Shown one piece after another: positions 1 through 11,100 of a DNA stretch of 64,000 nucleotides; position 1 is the stretch's first letter, and every line of letters starts with the position of its first letter. Source of the DNA: an uncultured Planctomycetota bacterium (GTDB lineage Bacteria; Planctomycetota; Planctomycetia; Pirellulales; Lacipirellulaceae); NCBI GenBank assembly GCA_963719315.1, contig CAVRBU010000004.1, positions 448,001 through 512,000 of the forward strand, read 5' to 3'. Under the pieces are notes generated by a model, which worked only from the letters and a program-made list of their open reading frames with translations, ran no database searches and had not been told where the DNA came from. The position numbers were made by a program, and so were the translations under genes.

Positions 1-399
1 CGAAGGCGATGTCCGGCGCTGCGGGACGCCAAAATCAACGCCGACGCGATCGACTACATCAATGCCCACGGCACGAGCACGCCGCTGGGCGATAAGGCCG
101 AGACGTTCGCCATCAAAACCGTATTCGGCGACGCGGCCCGCAAAGTGAGCATCTCGAGCACCAAGAGCCAGCTCGGCCATTTGCTGGGCGCCAGCGGCGG
201 CGTGGAGTTGGTGATCTGCATGAAGGCGCTCCAGCACAACATCTGCCCGCCGACGATCAACTACCACACGCCCGATCCGGATTGCGATCTGGACTACACG
301 CCGAACACGCCGCGGGAACGCCAACTCCGCGCGGTGATGAGCAACAGCTTCGGCTTCGGCGGGCACAACGCGTCGATCATCGCCGGCCGGGCGGCGTAG
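1..399 (+). CDS. fabF: Beta-ketoacyl-ACP synthase II, C-terminal part (gene starts before the window)
   Basis: Open frame from the window edge reads [14 protein letters not shown]...[15 protein letters not shown]...[11 protein letters not shown]; both catalytic His motifs present; TAG at 397-399. Confidence 0.9.
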   Translation, partial: RRRCPALRDAKINADAIDYINAHGTSTPLGDKAETFAIKTVFGDAARKVSISSTKSQLGHLLGASGGVELVICMKALQHNICPPTINYHTPDPDCDLDYTPNTPRERQLRAVMSNSFGFGGHNASIIAGRAA

Positions 400-412
400 A
401 TCGCCTTTCTTT

Positions 413-489
413 GTAGGGTGTGTCGAGTCTTCGAGACACACCCTATGGCGAAGGGATTTGGTGTGTCTCGCGGATTCGACACACCCTAC
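413..489. repeat. GTAG-type REP doublet (REPIN-like), copy 1
   Basis: GTAGGGTGTGTCGAGTCTTCGAGACACACC ... GGTGTGTCTCGCGGATTCGACACACCCTAC: two inverted palindromic units bounded by GTAG/CTAC. Confidence 0.8.
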
Positions 490-601
490 GGCAACGGCTA
501 CGGCTGCCTGGTTGCTTTTGCACGCGACAGTCGCTATCTTAAGAGCCACGTTCGTAGCCATCGTGCATCTCCTTTTGATCAGGCAACTTGTCGAGAGAGC
601 T

Positions 602-1472
602 ATGCGACGAATCGCAATGAGCGCCGCGCTCGCGGCCCTGGGCTTGGCATCGGCGGCAAAGGCCGTCGACGTAAACTATTCATTTTCGGTCCAGGTCTTT
701 TCGGTCGATCCGGGAATTACGCTGATCGCCCCCGGCGATTTCTTTGAGATTAGCTACACCATCAACCAAAGTCTGGCCGATCAAGACAGCTCGATTGGCA
801 ATGGCAGCTTTCCTTCGTTGGCGAGTACTTTTTCGCTCGCCGCGCGCCCGCTCAATGCGGGCACGTGGAATCCGACGGGCGGCGCCTTTGATTTGGCGGG
901 CTCCAATTACGTGACCAATGCGTTTGGAGACAACTACACGTTTCAAATGCGCGGCAGCGGTTTTCCGAACGGCGGGCCGGGCGTCACGTTTCTGGATTTG
1001 GATCTGAACTGGACATGGACAGCCGGCATTACGGATTCAGGGCTCGGCGATCAGTTCGTCACGCAATTCGGCGGCGGCACATTCAATCCGGCACAGGCTG
1101 TCATGCGGTTTTCGGCGATCCGCTTTTTGGCCGCTCCCGGCGATTTTCGCGAGGTGCGGATCTTGCCGGAGACGCCCGCGATGCCGGGCGACTACAACGT
1201 GAATGGCGTCGTCGACGCGGCCGATTATGTGTTGTGGCGCAAGCAACCGCCCGGCTTCGGCATCCTAGTCAATGATGCCACGCCTGGCATTGTGAGTTCC
1301 ACGGATTACGACGTTCTGGCGGGCCCATTTCGGCCAGGCGACGGGAAGCGGGGTTAGTTCGATCGAAAACGTCGGGGCCGTGCCGGAACCGGATTCTGTC
1401 ACTATGCTCTGCCTCGTCGTGCTCGCCGGCCTCACCGGCGCGTTCAGGCTCCGCAGCCGGACAGCGGCATGA
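602..1472 (+). CDS. Secreted PEP-CTERM protein with dockerin-like C-terminal module (1-nt frameshift near 1313)
   Basis: Signal peptide MRRIAMSAALAALGLASAAKA; PGDYNVNGVVDAADYVLWRK; after the shift WRAHFGQATGSG...VPEPDSVTMLCLVVLAGLTGAFRLRSR, TGA 1470-1472. Confidence 0.8.
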
Positions 1473-1524
1473 CCGTCGGCACCCGCATCGACCGGCGGCG
1501 ACGTTGGTTCGATGACCAACTTTG

Positions 1525-1602
1525 GTAGGGTGTGACGAGTCTTCGAGACACACCTCCGGCGGATCGGAATCTAGTGTGTCTCGCGGACTCGACACACCCT
1601 AC
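1525..1602. repeat. GTAG-type REP doublet, copy 2
   Basis: Arms nearly identical to 413-489 (GTAGGGTGTGACGAGTCTTCGAGACACACC ... GTGTGTCTCGCGGACTCGACACACCCTAC) with a different spacer. Confidence 0.8.
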
Positions 1603-1688
1603 AACTGAGGTTGCACTACTGCTCAGGTTCCGCTCGGCAAGCGGGACCTACTAGCCGTCTGCGGCAAGTCGGAGGCCGCCGGGGTATA

Positions 1689-3374
1689 ATGGCCGGGCCC
1701 TATTCGCTCTCGCCTTTCAGGAGAATCCACTCAAGTGCTCGATCATCTTTCATCCGGTGTTGTCGTCCGTTGTGTCTCTGCGCTGGCCGACTGTTTAGTT
1801 TCCTTGTGATTGCAGCCGTCAGCACGAGTGCGATGGCGGAGACGGCCGCGACCGCAAAGCCGCGGCCGAACATTTTGCTGATCCTGGCCGACGACCTCGG
1901 TTATTCGGACCTGGGCTGCTACGGCAGCGAGATTCAGACGCCGAATCTCGATCGGCTGGCTCAAGATGGCTTGCGATTCACGCAGTTTTACAACACGGCC
2001 CGGTGTTGGCCGACGCGCGGGGCGCTGCTCACGGGCTATTACGCGCAACAAATTCGGCGCGACGTGATTCCGGGTGATCCGCCGATTGCCGTCGGGAGTC
2101 GGCCGAGTTGGGCGACGTTGTTGCCGGCGATGTTGAAGTCGGCCGGGTATCGTTCGTATCACTCCGGCAAATGGCACATCGACGGGAAGCCGGTGGAAAA
2201 TGGATTCGACCGCTCGTATTGGGTGGACGACCAGGACCGCTATTTCAGTCCACAAAGAACGTACAAAGACGATCAACCATTGCCGCCGGTGAAGCGCGAC
2301 GCGGGCTACTACGCGACCGTCGCCATCGCCGACCACGCGATCGAATGTCTTAAGGAGCATGCGGCCGAGCACAGTCAACAACCGTTCTTTGAGTATCTGG
2401 CGTTCACATCGCCCCATTTTCCGATTCAGGCACTGCCCGAGGACATCGAGCGGTATCGAACGCGTTACCGCGAGGGCTGGGAAGCGGTGCGACGAGCGCG
2501 TTGGGAGCGGCAGCAATCAACCGGCGTCGCGAAAGGCACGCTGTCGGCTGTCGAGCCGAAAATCGGGCCGCGGATCGACCGCGCGCACGCCCTCGAGAAG
2601 TTGGGGCCCGGCGAGATCAATCGACCACGGCCGTGGGACGAGCTGACCGCGGAGCAAGCCGAGTTCCAGGCCACGAAGATGGCGATTCACGCGGCCATGA
2701 TCGATCGCATGGACCGTGAAATCGGTCGCGTGCTGGATCAGGTTCGCCGGATGGGCGCGTGGGACAATACTCTCATTTTGTTTTTGTCGGACAACGGCGC
2801 GAGCGCCGAGATCATGGTCCGCGGCGACGGGCACGATCGCTCGGCTTCTCCCGGCTCGGCGGATAGCTTTCTGTGTCTCGGTCCGGGGTGGTCGACGTGC
2901 AGCAACACGCCGTTCCGCCGGCACAAGACGTGGGTCTTCGAGGGTGGCATCTCGACGCCGCTCATCGTTCACTGGCCGACCGGCATCGCGGCCAAGGGCG
3001 AGTTTCGCCGCAACCCAGGACATGTGATTGATATCGTGCCGACGATCCTCGAAGTGGCGGGCGGCAAACGTCCGGCAACGGCATCCGCAGCGCCACCGCC
3101 ACCTGGCAAGAGTCTGTTTCCCGTCTTCACGCGCGACGACAGCGTGTCGCACGATTATTTCTGGTGGCTGCACGAAGGCACGCGTGCGATTCGCGTGGGC
3201 GATTGGAAACTAGTTGCCGACAAGGATGCGCCGTGGGAGCTTTATGATATGCGAACTGACCGAGCCGAGTCGATCAATCTTGTGGGCAAACAGCCGGAGA
3301 AGGCGCGGGAGATGGAAGCGAGATGGAACGCTCTGCTCCAGGAGTTCCGCAAAGAGGCGACGAGTACCGACTGA
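1689..3374 (+). CDS. Arylsulfatase (formylglycine-dependent sulfatase); start uncertain
   Basis: PNILLILADDLGYSD, CWPTRGALLTG (CxPxR), GKWH, SDNGA, EGGISTP; hydrophobic signal-like segment before AETAATAK. Confidence 0.92.
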   Translation: MAGPYSLSPFRRIHSSARSSFIRCCRPLCLCAGRLFSFLVIAAVSTSAMAETAATAKPRPNILLILADDLGYSDLGCYGSEIQTPNLDRLAQDGLRFTQFYNTARCWPTRGALLTGYYAQQIRRDVIPGDPPIAVGSRPSWATLLPAMLKSAGYRSYHSGKWHIDGKPVENGFDRSYWVDDQDRYFSPQRTYKDDQPLPPVKRDAGYYATVAIADHAIECLKEHAAEHSQQPFFEYLAFTSPHFPIQALPEDIERYRTRYREGWEAVRRARWERQQSTGVAKGTLSAVEPKIGPRIDRAHALEKLGPGEINRPRPWDELTAEQAEFQATKMAIHAAMIDRMDREIGRVLDQVRRMGAWDNTLILFLSDNGASAEIMVRGDGHDRSASPGSADSFLCLGPGWSTCSNTPFRRHKTWVFEGGISTPLIVHWPTGIAAKGEFRRNPGHVIDIVPTILEVAGGKRPATASAAPPPPGKSLFPVFTRDDSVSHDYFWWLHEGTRAIRVGDWKLVADKDAPWELYDMRTDRAESINLVGKQPEKAREMEARWNALLQEFRKEATSTD

Positions 3375-3473
3375 AATCCTTGTGTCGGGCTCTCCCCTTT
3401 TTTTCGGGCTGTATGATGGAGCGGTATTCAAAATGTTTGGAATTTTTTTTCTTGTGATTTGTTTGGGAACTAA

Positions 3474-4810
3474 CAGTACTGTCCGGCTAATGTCTGGTTG
3501 ATTTCGTATAACCTAAACAATTTCAATGAGTTGCGTTGAGTCATGTGTGTACACGACTTGAACTGGCAAGCAGGCTTAACCCTCGACGGTGGCATTTTTT
3601 CGTTGCCGAAACCGTCGAGGAGGGCTTGTGTACGACGGTCAACTTGTGTTTGCACAGTTGATGAACTTTTTGCCGCGGCGAGAGTTCAGCGCTTGCGTCG
3701 AGAGGTACAGTGGTCATCATCGCAATCGCGGCTTTTCGTGCCGCGATCAGTTCTTGTGTCTGGGGTTCGCGCAACTCACGTTCCGAGAGAGCCTGCGAGA
3801 CATCGAAACGTGCCTGCGCGCCTTGGAACCGAAGCTCTATCACGCTGGGTTTCGCGGCAAGGTCTCGCGGAGCACGTTGGCCGATGCCAATCGCGCGCAC
3901 GACTGGCGAATTTATGCCGACTTGGCCCAAGTCTTGATCCGTCGCGCGCGAAAGCTCTACGCCCACGAGCCGCTGGGCGTCGAGCTGGTGCAAACCGTCT
4001 ACGCGCTCGATTCGACGACCATCGACTTGTGCTTGAGCTTGTTTCCCTGGGCCAAGTTTCGTCGTCGCAAGGGGGCCATCAAACTCCATACTCTGCTCGA
4101 CCTGCGCGGGGCGATTCCGTGTTTTATCCACATTTCGCACGGGAAAATGCACGATGTGAACGTCCTCGATCACTTGCCGATCGAACCCGGCGCGTTCTAC
4201 GTCATGGACCGCGGCTACGTCGATTTCCAGCGGCTCTATCGCTTCACGTTGGCCGCCGCGTTCTTTGTCACTCGAAGCAAGAAGAATCTCGATTGTACCC
4301 GCCGCGCTCGTCGCAAAGTCGACAAGGCGTCGGGTCTGCGCAGCGATCAGACAATCGTCTTGGCTGGCCCCAAATCGTCGCGGGCGTACCCCGTCCCGCT
4401 CCGCCGGATCGCGTTCTACGACACCGAGCACAGACGACGGCTGGTGTTCCTGACCAACAACTTCACCTTGCCCGCGCTCACCATTGCGCAGCTCTACAAG
4501 TGCCGTTGGCAAGTCGAGTTGTTCTTCAAGTGGATCAAACAGCATCTGCGGATCAAAGCTTTCTACGGCACGACCGACAATGCCGTGAAGACACAAGTGT
4601 GGATCGCCATCAGTGTTTATGTGCTGGTCGCTATCGTGAAAAAGGAACTGCGAATCGAACGAAGCCTATCCGACATTTTGCAAGTCCTCAGCCTCACACT
4701 GTTCGAGAAAATCCCGTTGTTTGAGGCTCTTGACAACAAAAACCGACCGTTTCCAGAAACCTCTAATCCTAACCAATTGAAACTGTTCGACTTATAGCCG
4801 GACAGTAGTG
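3474..4810 (+). mobile_element. IS4-family insertion sequence, 1337 bp
   Basis: Terminal IRs CAGTACTGTCCGGCTA (3474) / TAGCCGGACAGTAGTG (ending 4810), 1 mismatch; 9-bp target duplication GGGAACTAA at 3465-3473 and 4811-4819. Confidence 0.95.
3628..4797 (+). CDS. IS4-family DDE transposase (DUF4372-type N-terminus)
   Basis: GTG after GAGGAGG; ALDSTT, MDRGY and the IS4 YREK signature YKCRWQVELFFKWIK; 389 aa, uninterrupted. Confidence 0.93.
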   Translation: MYDGQLVFAQLMNFLPRREFSACVERYSGHHRNRGFSCRDQFLCLGFAQLTFRESLRDIETCLRALEPKLYHAGFRGKVSRSTLADANRAHDWRIYADLAQVLIRRARKLYAHEPLGVELVQTVYALDSTTIDLCLSLFPWAKFRRRKGAIKLHTLLDLRGAIPCFIHISHGKMHDVNVLDHLPIEPGAFYVMDRGYVDFQRLYRFTLAAAFFVTRSKKNLDCTRRARRKVDKASGLRSDQTIVLAGPKSSRAYPVPLRRIAFYDTEHRRRLVFLTNNFTLPALTIAQLYKCRWQVELFFKWIKQHLRIKAFYGTTDNAVKTQVWIAISVYVLVAIVKKELRIERSLSDILQVLSLTLFEKIPLFEALDNKNRPFPETSNPNQLKLFDL

Positions 4811-4933
4811 GGGAACTAAATAAAATCCTAAAATCCGTAGTTCGCGAGACCATCTTTGCGGATTCGCGCACTACCGATTGATGCTTAAGGAAGCGCTACT
4901 GATTTGATTTTCATTCAAAATGTGGAGGCGACC

Positions 4934-5270
4934 ATGACGAAGCAACGTTTCTCGTTTACTCTGATTGTTGCGGCCGTAGTGCTCTCAACCGGCAAAGCGA
5001 CGGCGGCATTGATTCTGTACGAGCCTTTTGAATATGATCCTGCTCAAGGGCTAGCCGGCATGGATGGGCAGGCGGGCGCTGCCGAACGATCCGACGTGAG
5101 GCACGATCGGCGTGGCTCAGTACAACACGTGGCGCAATAACTATGGCAACCCGCCGGGCAGCGGCAGCGGGCTGGACGCCGCGCAAGTGCCGGAACCGAC
5201 GGCGTTCATGTTATTTGCCACCGCCGCATCCCTTGCAATCGGGTTCGGAACCCGCGACGCCCGCGGGGGC
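4934..5270 (+). pseudogene. Internally deleted PEP-CTERM gene remnant
   Basis: GGAGG-ATG, signal peptide plus ALILYEPFEYD, joined out of frame to ALPNDPT*GTIGVAQYNTWRNNYGNPPGSGSG...VPEPTAFMLF; in-frame TGA at 5097-5099; no passenger domain. Confidence 0.7.
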
Positions 5271-5340
5271 GTCTGCGACAAAAAAGGCATCCGGATTAAC
5301 GAATTTCTTCAACACACGCTTGATAACGAAGGTGAATGCT

Positions 5341-8149
5341 ATGAGCCGCACAAACGGTTTCATTCGCGCGGTAGTGTTTTTGGTGGCTGGATTGGCATCG
5401 GTTTCCATTGCCCAAGCCAAGAATTGGGCCGATGGCACCGGCAACTGGAACGTGCCTGCGAATTGGAGCCCGGCCGCGGTGCCGGTGGGCGGCGAGACGG
5501 TCAACATTGTGAACACGGATGGCACGGCCCGCACGGTGACGCTAAACGTTTCGCCGCCGTCCTTGGCGCTAATCACGATCGACCTGACCGGCGCGGGCAC
5601 GGCTGCCAATACACTGTCGATTACGAGCAACTTCAACCTCACATCGAATGCGCTGTTCGTCGGCGGGCATAACGGCAGCGGACTTACCAATGGCCGGGGC
5701 GCCGTTAGCCAGGACAATGGTACGGTCACGATGGTCGCAGGATCGGACCTGGTTGTGGGTTATGGCGCCGGCTCGACCGGTACTTACACATTGAACGGCG
5801 GGTTCCTGAACGCGCCGCAGTCGGAATTCATTGGCTCTATAGGAAGGGGGACCGTGAATCAAACGGGTGGCAAGAATACGATTGGCGTCGGCACAATTGA
5901 TTACCTCAATCTAGGCACGTCTTCCAGTGGCATAGGAAATTACAACCTCAGCGGCACCGGGCAACTTGTGTCGCTTAAAACGGAGATCATCGGCGATGCG
6001 GGCACCGGCGTCTTCACGCAAACGGGAGGAAGCAACCGTTTACCCAATTCCTTACTGGATGACATTTACATCGGCTACAGGTCAGGAGGCGTCGGAACTT
6101 ATAGCATTAGCGGAGGCGAGTTTTATACAGGCGGCAATGTGAACGTCGGCGTTGGCGGCACGGGGACGCTAAATATCTCGGGCACGGGTGATTTCCAGGC
6201 CGGCGATGGCGCTGACTCTTTGACCCTTGGCGCTAATGGACATCTTAACATCACGGGAGGTAAGTTACAGTTCAGTAATTTCAGTAAGGCGGCTACTTCG
6301 ACGCTCAACTACACTGCCGGGGCAATTCAGCTTCCATCAGGTGATCGAACGTTAAACGGAGCTAACACAAGCGATTCCCTGTTGAACACATTCTTTCCTC
6401 CCTCCCCATTTCTCAACTTCCGTGAGATTACCGCCGGCAAGGAGCTAATCGTCGCGGGGACAACGTGGATTACCGATCCAACAGCTGTAAGCGTTAGTGG
6501 CGGGAAACTCACGTCACTTGGCTCATTGGAAATTGGCCTTACAGGCCCTTCATCCGATTACAGTCACCTTTTCGTTGGGAATGGCGGTACGGTAGAAGCG
6601 GCTCAATGCGCGATAGGGATTGCCGGAAAAAATGGAGAACTTTTGGTGGTTCAAAACAGCACGTTTCGTGCGACCAATGGAATCCAACTGGGTGGGATTG
6701 GCGGCTCGGGATTTCTCGAAATTGATGATTCGCTGGTCGATGCGGGGTCGAGTCTATTCATTGGCGAATCGGCAATCGTCCTCATTGATAACGGTACCCT
6801 GCGGTTCACCTCGTACTCCCGGTCGAGCTCAGCAACAGTCGAATTCCTAAGCGGCGAAATCCAACTCGTGGGAGATCGTACAATTGGTTCCGATTCGGCA
6901 GTTAACGACTTCTTCGGCGCTGCTCCTACGTTGCCGCGTGGAAAATCACTGGTTGTGGAAGGCATCGCGACGCTCACGACGCCCCTTCTCATCGACCGGG
7001 GAACTTTCAAAACGAACAGTCTGGTTGTTGGCTCCGGCGGTGCTCTCGATTTTGACCGCGGGGTGCTGGAAATAAACGGCGGGGTCATCCAGGGGCTGCC
7101 TGAACTCGTCGTCCCGACGAACGGTGAGTTTCGGGGCAGAAACGAACAAAGGCTGAGAATTGTGGGCGCTACTGGCTCCACGATGACCGCTACCGACAAT
7201 TGGCTGATCGGTGATCCTGCGGCCTCGAACGGCTTCTACACCAACGGCGCACTTAATACTGGACAATACTCGGTAACACTGCAGGACGCCAACGATGCGG
7301 TTCTCGATTCCGGCGGCTCGCCACCATTGGGAGTGCTGGAAACTCCGGGATACTCGCCGCTCCCAACGGGCTAACACTCGATTTTGGCGGCAACATCGCA
7401 GGCTACGGAACTGTGAGCACGCCGAATATCTTGGCAAAGCCGACGATCATCAACGGGCACGTTACGGGAAACAGCGCCGCGCAAAAGATTACGATGACCG
7501 GCTATGTGAAGGGAGTAGGCACGTTCGATAACGTGACCTTTGCCGGCACGTTCTCGCCCGGACTTTCGCCGACTGTGACGTCGGCCGGTAGTATCTCGCT
7601 GGCCGCGTCGAACACCCTCGTAATGGAGATTGGCGGCACGACAGCCGGTTCAACTTACGACCAGATTCAAGCTTCGGGCGCGTTGGATCTGGGCGGTGTT
7701 TTGCAGATCTCGTTGATCAACGGATATGTTCCATCCGCCGGGCAGTCATTCGACATTCTGAATTGGGGCAGCATCAACGGCACGTTTTCCTCCATCAACC
7801 TGCCGACGCTCGCTGGCCTGAGTTGGAACACGAGCCAGTTGTACACGACCGGCGTCCTGTCGGTGGCGAGTGCCGGCCTGTCCGGCCACTACAACCACGA
7901 CAGCAAGGTGGACGCTGCCGACTACGTGCTGTGGCGCAGCGACCCGGCGAGTTTTGGCGGAGACCCGGATGGCTACACACCTGGCGGGCGAATTTCGGCA
8001 ACCCGCCGGGAAGTGGCAGCGGATTCGGAAGCACAAGTGTGCCGGAACCGTCCGCAATCTGGTTGATAATGACCGGCGTGGGCGGCGCTTTCGCGCTGTG
8101 CCGCGGCCACGGCGGCCGTGTATGCTCCATGCTACGGCCTTCGCCCTAA
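5341..8149 (+). CDS. Large secreted beta-strand-repeat (autotransporter-passenger-like) PEP-CTERM protein; frameshifts near 7320 and 7980
   Basis: Signal peptide, WADGTGNWNVPANW, Gly/Thr/Asn-rich repeats, SPGLSP...YDQI, dockerin-like YNHDSKVDAADYVLWR, VPEPSAIWLIM; pieces lie in ORFs 5143-7374, 7413-8066 and 7763-8149. Confidence 0.8.
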
Positions 8150-11100
8150 TCGAACGACGAGCAGCATGGCCAGGACCACAAGCGAGCTGACTGCCGCGGT
8201 CGGCTCGGGTACCGCAGTGGCGGCACTGAGGCCCGAGCCGGCGCCGGGGTGGGAGCCGAACTGTTTGCGCCATAGAACGTAGTCGGACGCGTCCGACTTG
8301 TTATCGCCGTTGGCGTCGCCAAGCTGGTTGAGGCCGAAGGCGCCGCGCCAAATGTTGTAGTCGGTCAGGTCCACGTCGCCGTCGTGGTCGAAGTCGGCGG
8401 AGAAAAAGGGCGTAGAGACGACCTGAAGTTGTACGGCGTTGGGCAGGTAATTGATGTGGAAGGTCAGACCGGCGGGCATGCCTGAGACGTCGACCTGGCT
8501 AAATGTTCCCACGAGGGCAGAGGCAGTTATGATTGGGAAAGTGTTGCCAAGTGCCGGGACAAAGGGTCCATCGATATCAATATTAAGATAGCCATCGAGT
8601 GAGGCCACTCCATTCACGCCAAGGCGGTCGAATTGATTGAGATTCGTACCCGTAATCTCGACGAACAATTCGCCGGTGTTTGTCTGCTGATAGTCTTTCA
8701 CGGTGGCAGCGCCAACCGTGTCGAATCCCGCGACACGGATTGTTCCTTCGTTGACAAGGAGTGCGTTGATGTTAGCGGAGTTATCAGGAATCAAGTGGCT
8801 ACCATCGGGAACGACAATCGCCCCTGCCCCGCTGAACGTCGCGCCGGCGTCGATGTTGATGTTGTTGTTCTCGAGGCGCAAGTTTTGGCCCAGCGTGGTG
8901 GTGCTGGTCGACTGGAACGTGAGGAAGTTATTCACTGCGACTTTAATCTTTGATTCGCCTCCTCCCACCAAGGTTGACACCGTGCCGCCGATGTCGGTTG
9001 AGTTCGTCGATTCGTAGGTCGCACCTTGGAGCTGAATCGTCGAGCCCGGATTGAAATCCAACGCGAATCCGCTACTGAAGACGCGGCCTCCGGTGGAGGC
9101 AGACACCGTGCCGGTGAAGCCAAACGTGGCGTTGTCGCGGAGTTCCAGTACAGCGCCGGCGCCGAGGGCGTTCAGCGTGCCGTTGTTCAGCGTGCCGTCC
9201 CAGTCGTTGTCGTTGGCTGCTGTTTGAAAGACCAACGCAGTACCACCATTGGCGGTCAGGTTCTTGTTGTTAACCACGCGCGAGGAGACGAGTCCGTTGC
9301 CAGAAATGCCTGCTGCACCGTCGTTGCTGATCGCTCCTCCTTTGAGCTCGCCGCCGTTGAGCGACACGAAATCAGCCACGTTCGTATTCCAAGCGTTAAC
9401 AACATTGAGCGTGCCCGTCGCGCCGAAGGTGCCAAGCGTTCCGACATCGGTAATCGCGCCATTGATGGTCAATACACCGTTCTCTGCCAGGATCGAGGCC
9501 GTTCCGTCAAAATTGATCGGAGCGCCGATAGTGCCAAATCCTCGGAGCGTTCTCCCGGCGTTGGCAGCAAGGGTACCCGGCCCGTTGATGGCGCCGCCTT
9601 CCATTTGATTGACCGTGGCCAAGAGATTGCCGCCGTTGAGTCTCAGCGTTCGCGCCGCGGCGATGTTGGCGTTCGAGCTGGCGCCAAATGTCAACGGGGC
9701 GTCGGCAGTGGTATTTCCGTTGACGCCTAGCACAGCGAGCGCCCCGCTGAAAACCAATCGCGAGTTGCCGCCAAGCGTCGCCGTCCCAGCAGCCGCAGTG
9801 TTGGCCGTCAGTGTGCGGGTCATCGTCCAGCTCGGCACGTTGTTGACGACAATCTGCGCCCCGCTCCCGCCGAGGTTGATCGGGTCGTCCACGTCTCCGG
9901 CGTCATCGGCGTCCCACTTCGTCGAGTTGATCGTGAACACGACGCCGTTGTTGATCGTGTGCAGCGTGCCGGAGCCGATGCCGTCCCAGTCGAAGCTGGT
10001 TGTGTCGATGGTCGTGTTGGCAGTGACCGACGACGTCGAGTTCAAGCGAAACAGGCCGTTCCCCGAAATCGATGCGCCGGCCAGGACACTAGCCGAGCCC
10101 AGGCTTATCGTCCCGTCGTCGACGACGATGGCGCCTGCGTTGAGCGTCGTGCTCGACATCGTGGCCATCGCGGTCGAGTCCACGTTGAAATGCGAACCGC
10201 TGTTGAATGTCGACGTGCCAACGCTGAGCGTTCCGCCGTGGACGTTGACTGTTCCACTAACAATCATCGCCTTGCCGCTGACGGTCGACGTGCCCGCGTT
10301 GTTTTTGTTGAGAGTTCCGGCCATTGTCCAGTTGGCCCCGGCGTTATTCACGGCGACATCGCCGTTGTCGTTCAGGTTTAGCGTTCCACCGTAGACGTCA
10401 TCCGTCGTGTCGATCCGATTGACGTTGAGCGTTAGCTGACCAGTTCCGTTGATGGTTGTCGGCGCCGTGCCGTTTCCATCCCAGTTGAAGTTGCCCGCCG
10501 CGTCGGTCACGGTCATGGTTCCGTTCACGATTGTCTGCGCCGTTAGATTTGCCGGTACATAGCCGGCTGCGGTGGTGATCGACGTCGTGCCATTGAAAAT
10601 CGCAGTGCCACTGTTGGTGAACGAGCCGCCCGACATCGTGAAGTTGGCATCGAGCTGCAGCGTGCCATCGGTATCGACGACGTTGATCGTTCCGCCCGTT
10701 TGAGTGAATGTACCACCGGCGATGACCGCAACCCCCGCCGGCGACCCGCCAAGTCCGCCAATAGCACCGTTGTCGACGTTGATTGCCCCTAAGTCGAGCG
10801 TCCAGGCGAATTGAGAATCAAACGTCGCGTTCTGAAACAAGTTCATCGTTCCACTGAATGCATCACTCAGTTGCAGATCGACGTCGAGCGTCTGATTGCG
10901 AGTGACGTTTACCACACCCGCACCACCGATGCCATCCAGATCGGCACGGCCCCCGAGACTGGGATCGGCAATGTGTAGAGTCCCCACCGGTGGCGGCAAA
11001 AGAATTATTGAGGCCCGCGATAGGGCAGTGAGCGTGCCATCGTTCACGAGGACTGAAATGACTCCAATCGGCATATCGGGATTGCTGATCAGGCCGTTGC

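Noticed and set aside
3541..4724. Long antisense (3541-4596) and alternate-frame (3543-4724) ORFs over the transposase
   Set aside because: Shadow ORFs of a GC-rich IS4 transposase with no independent motifs.
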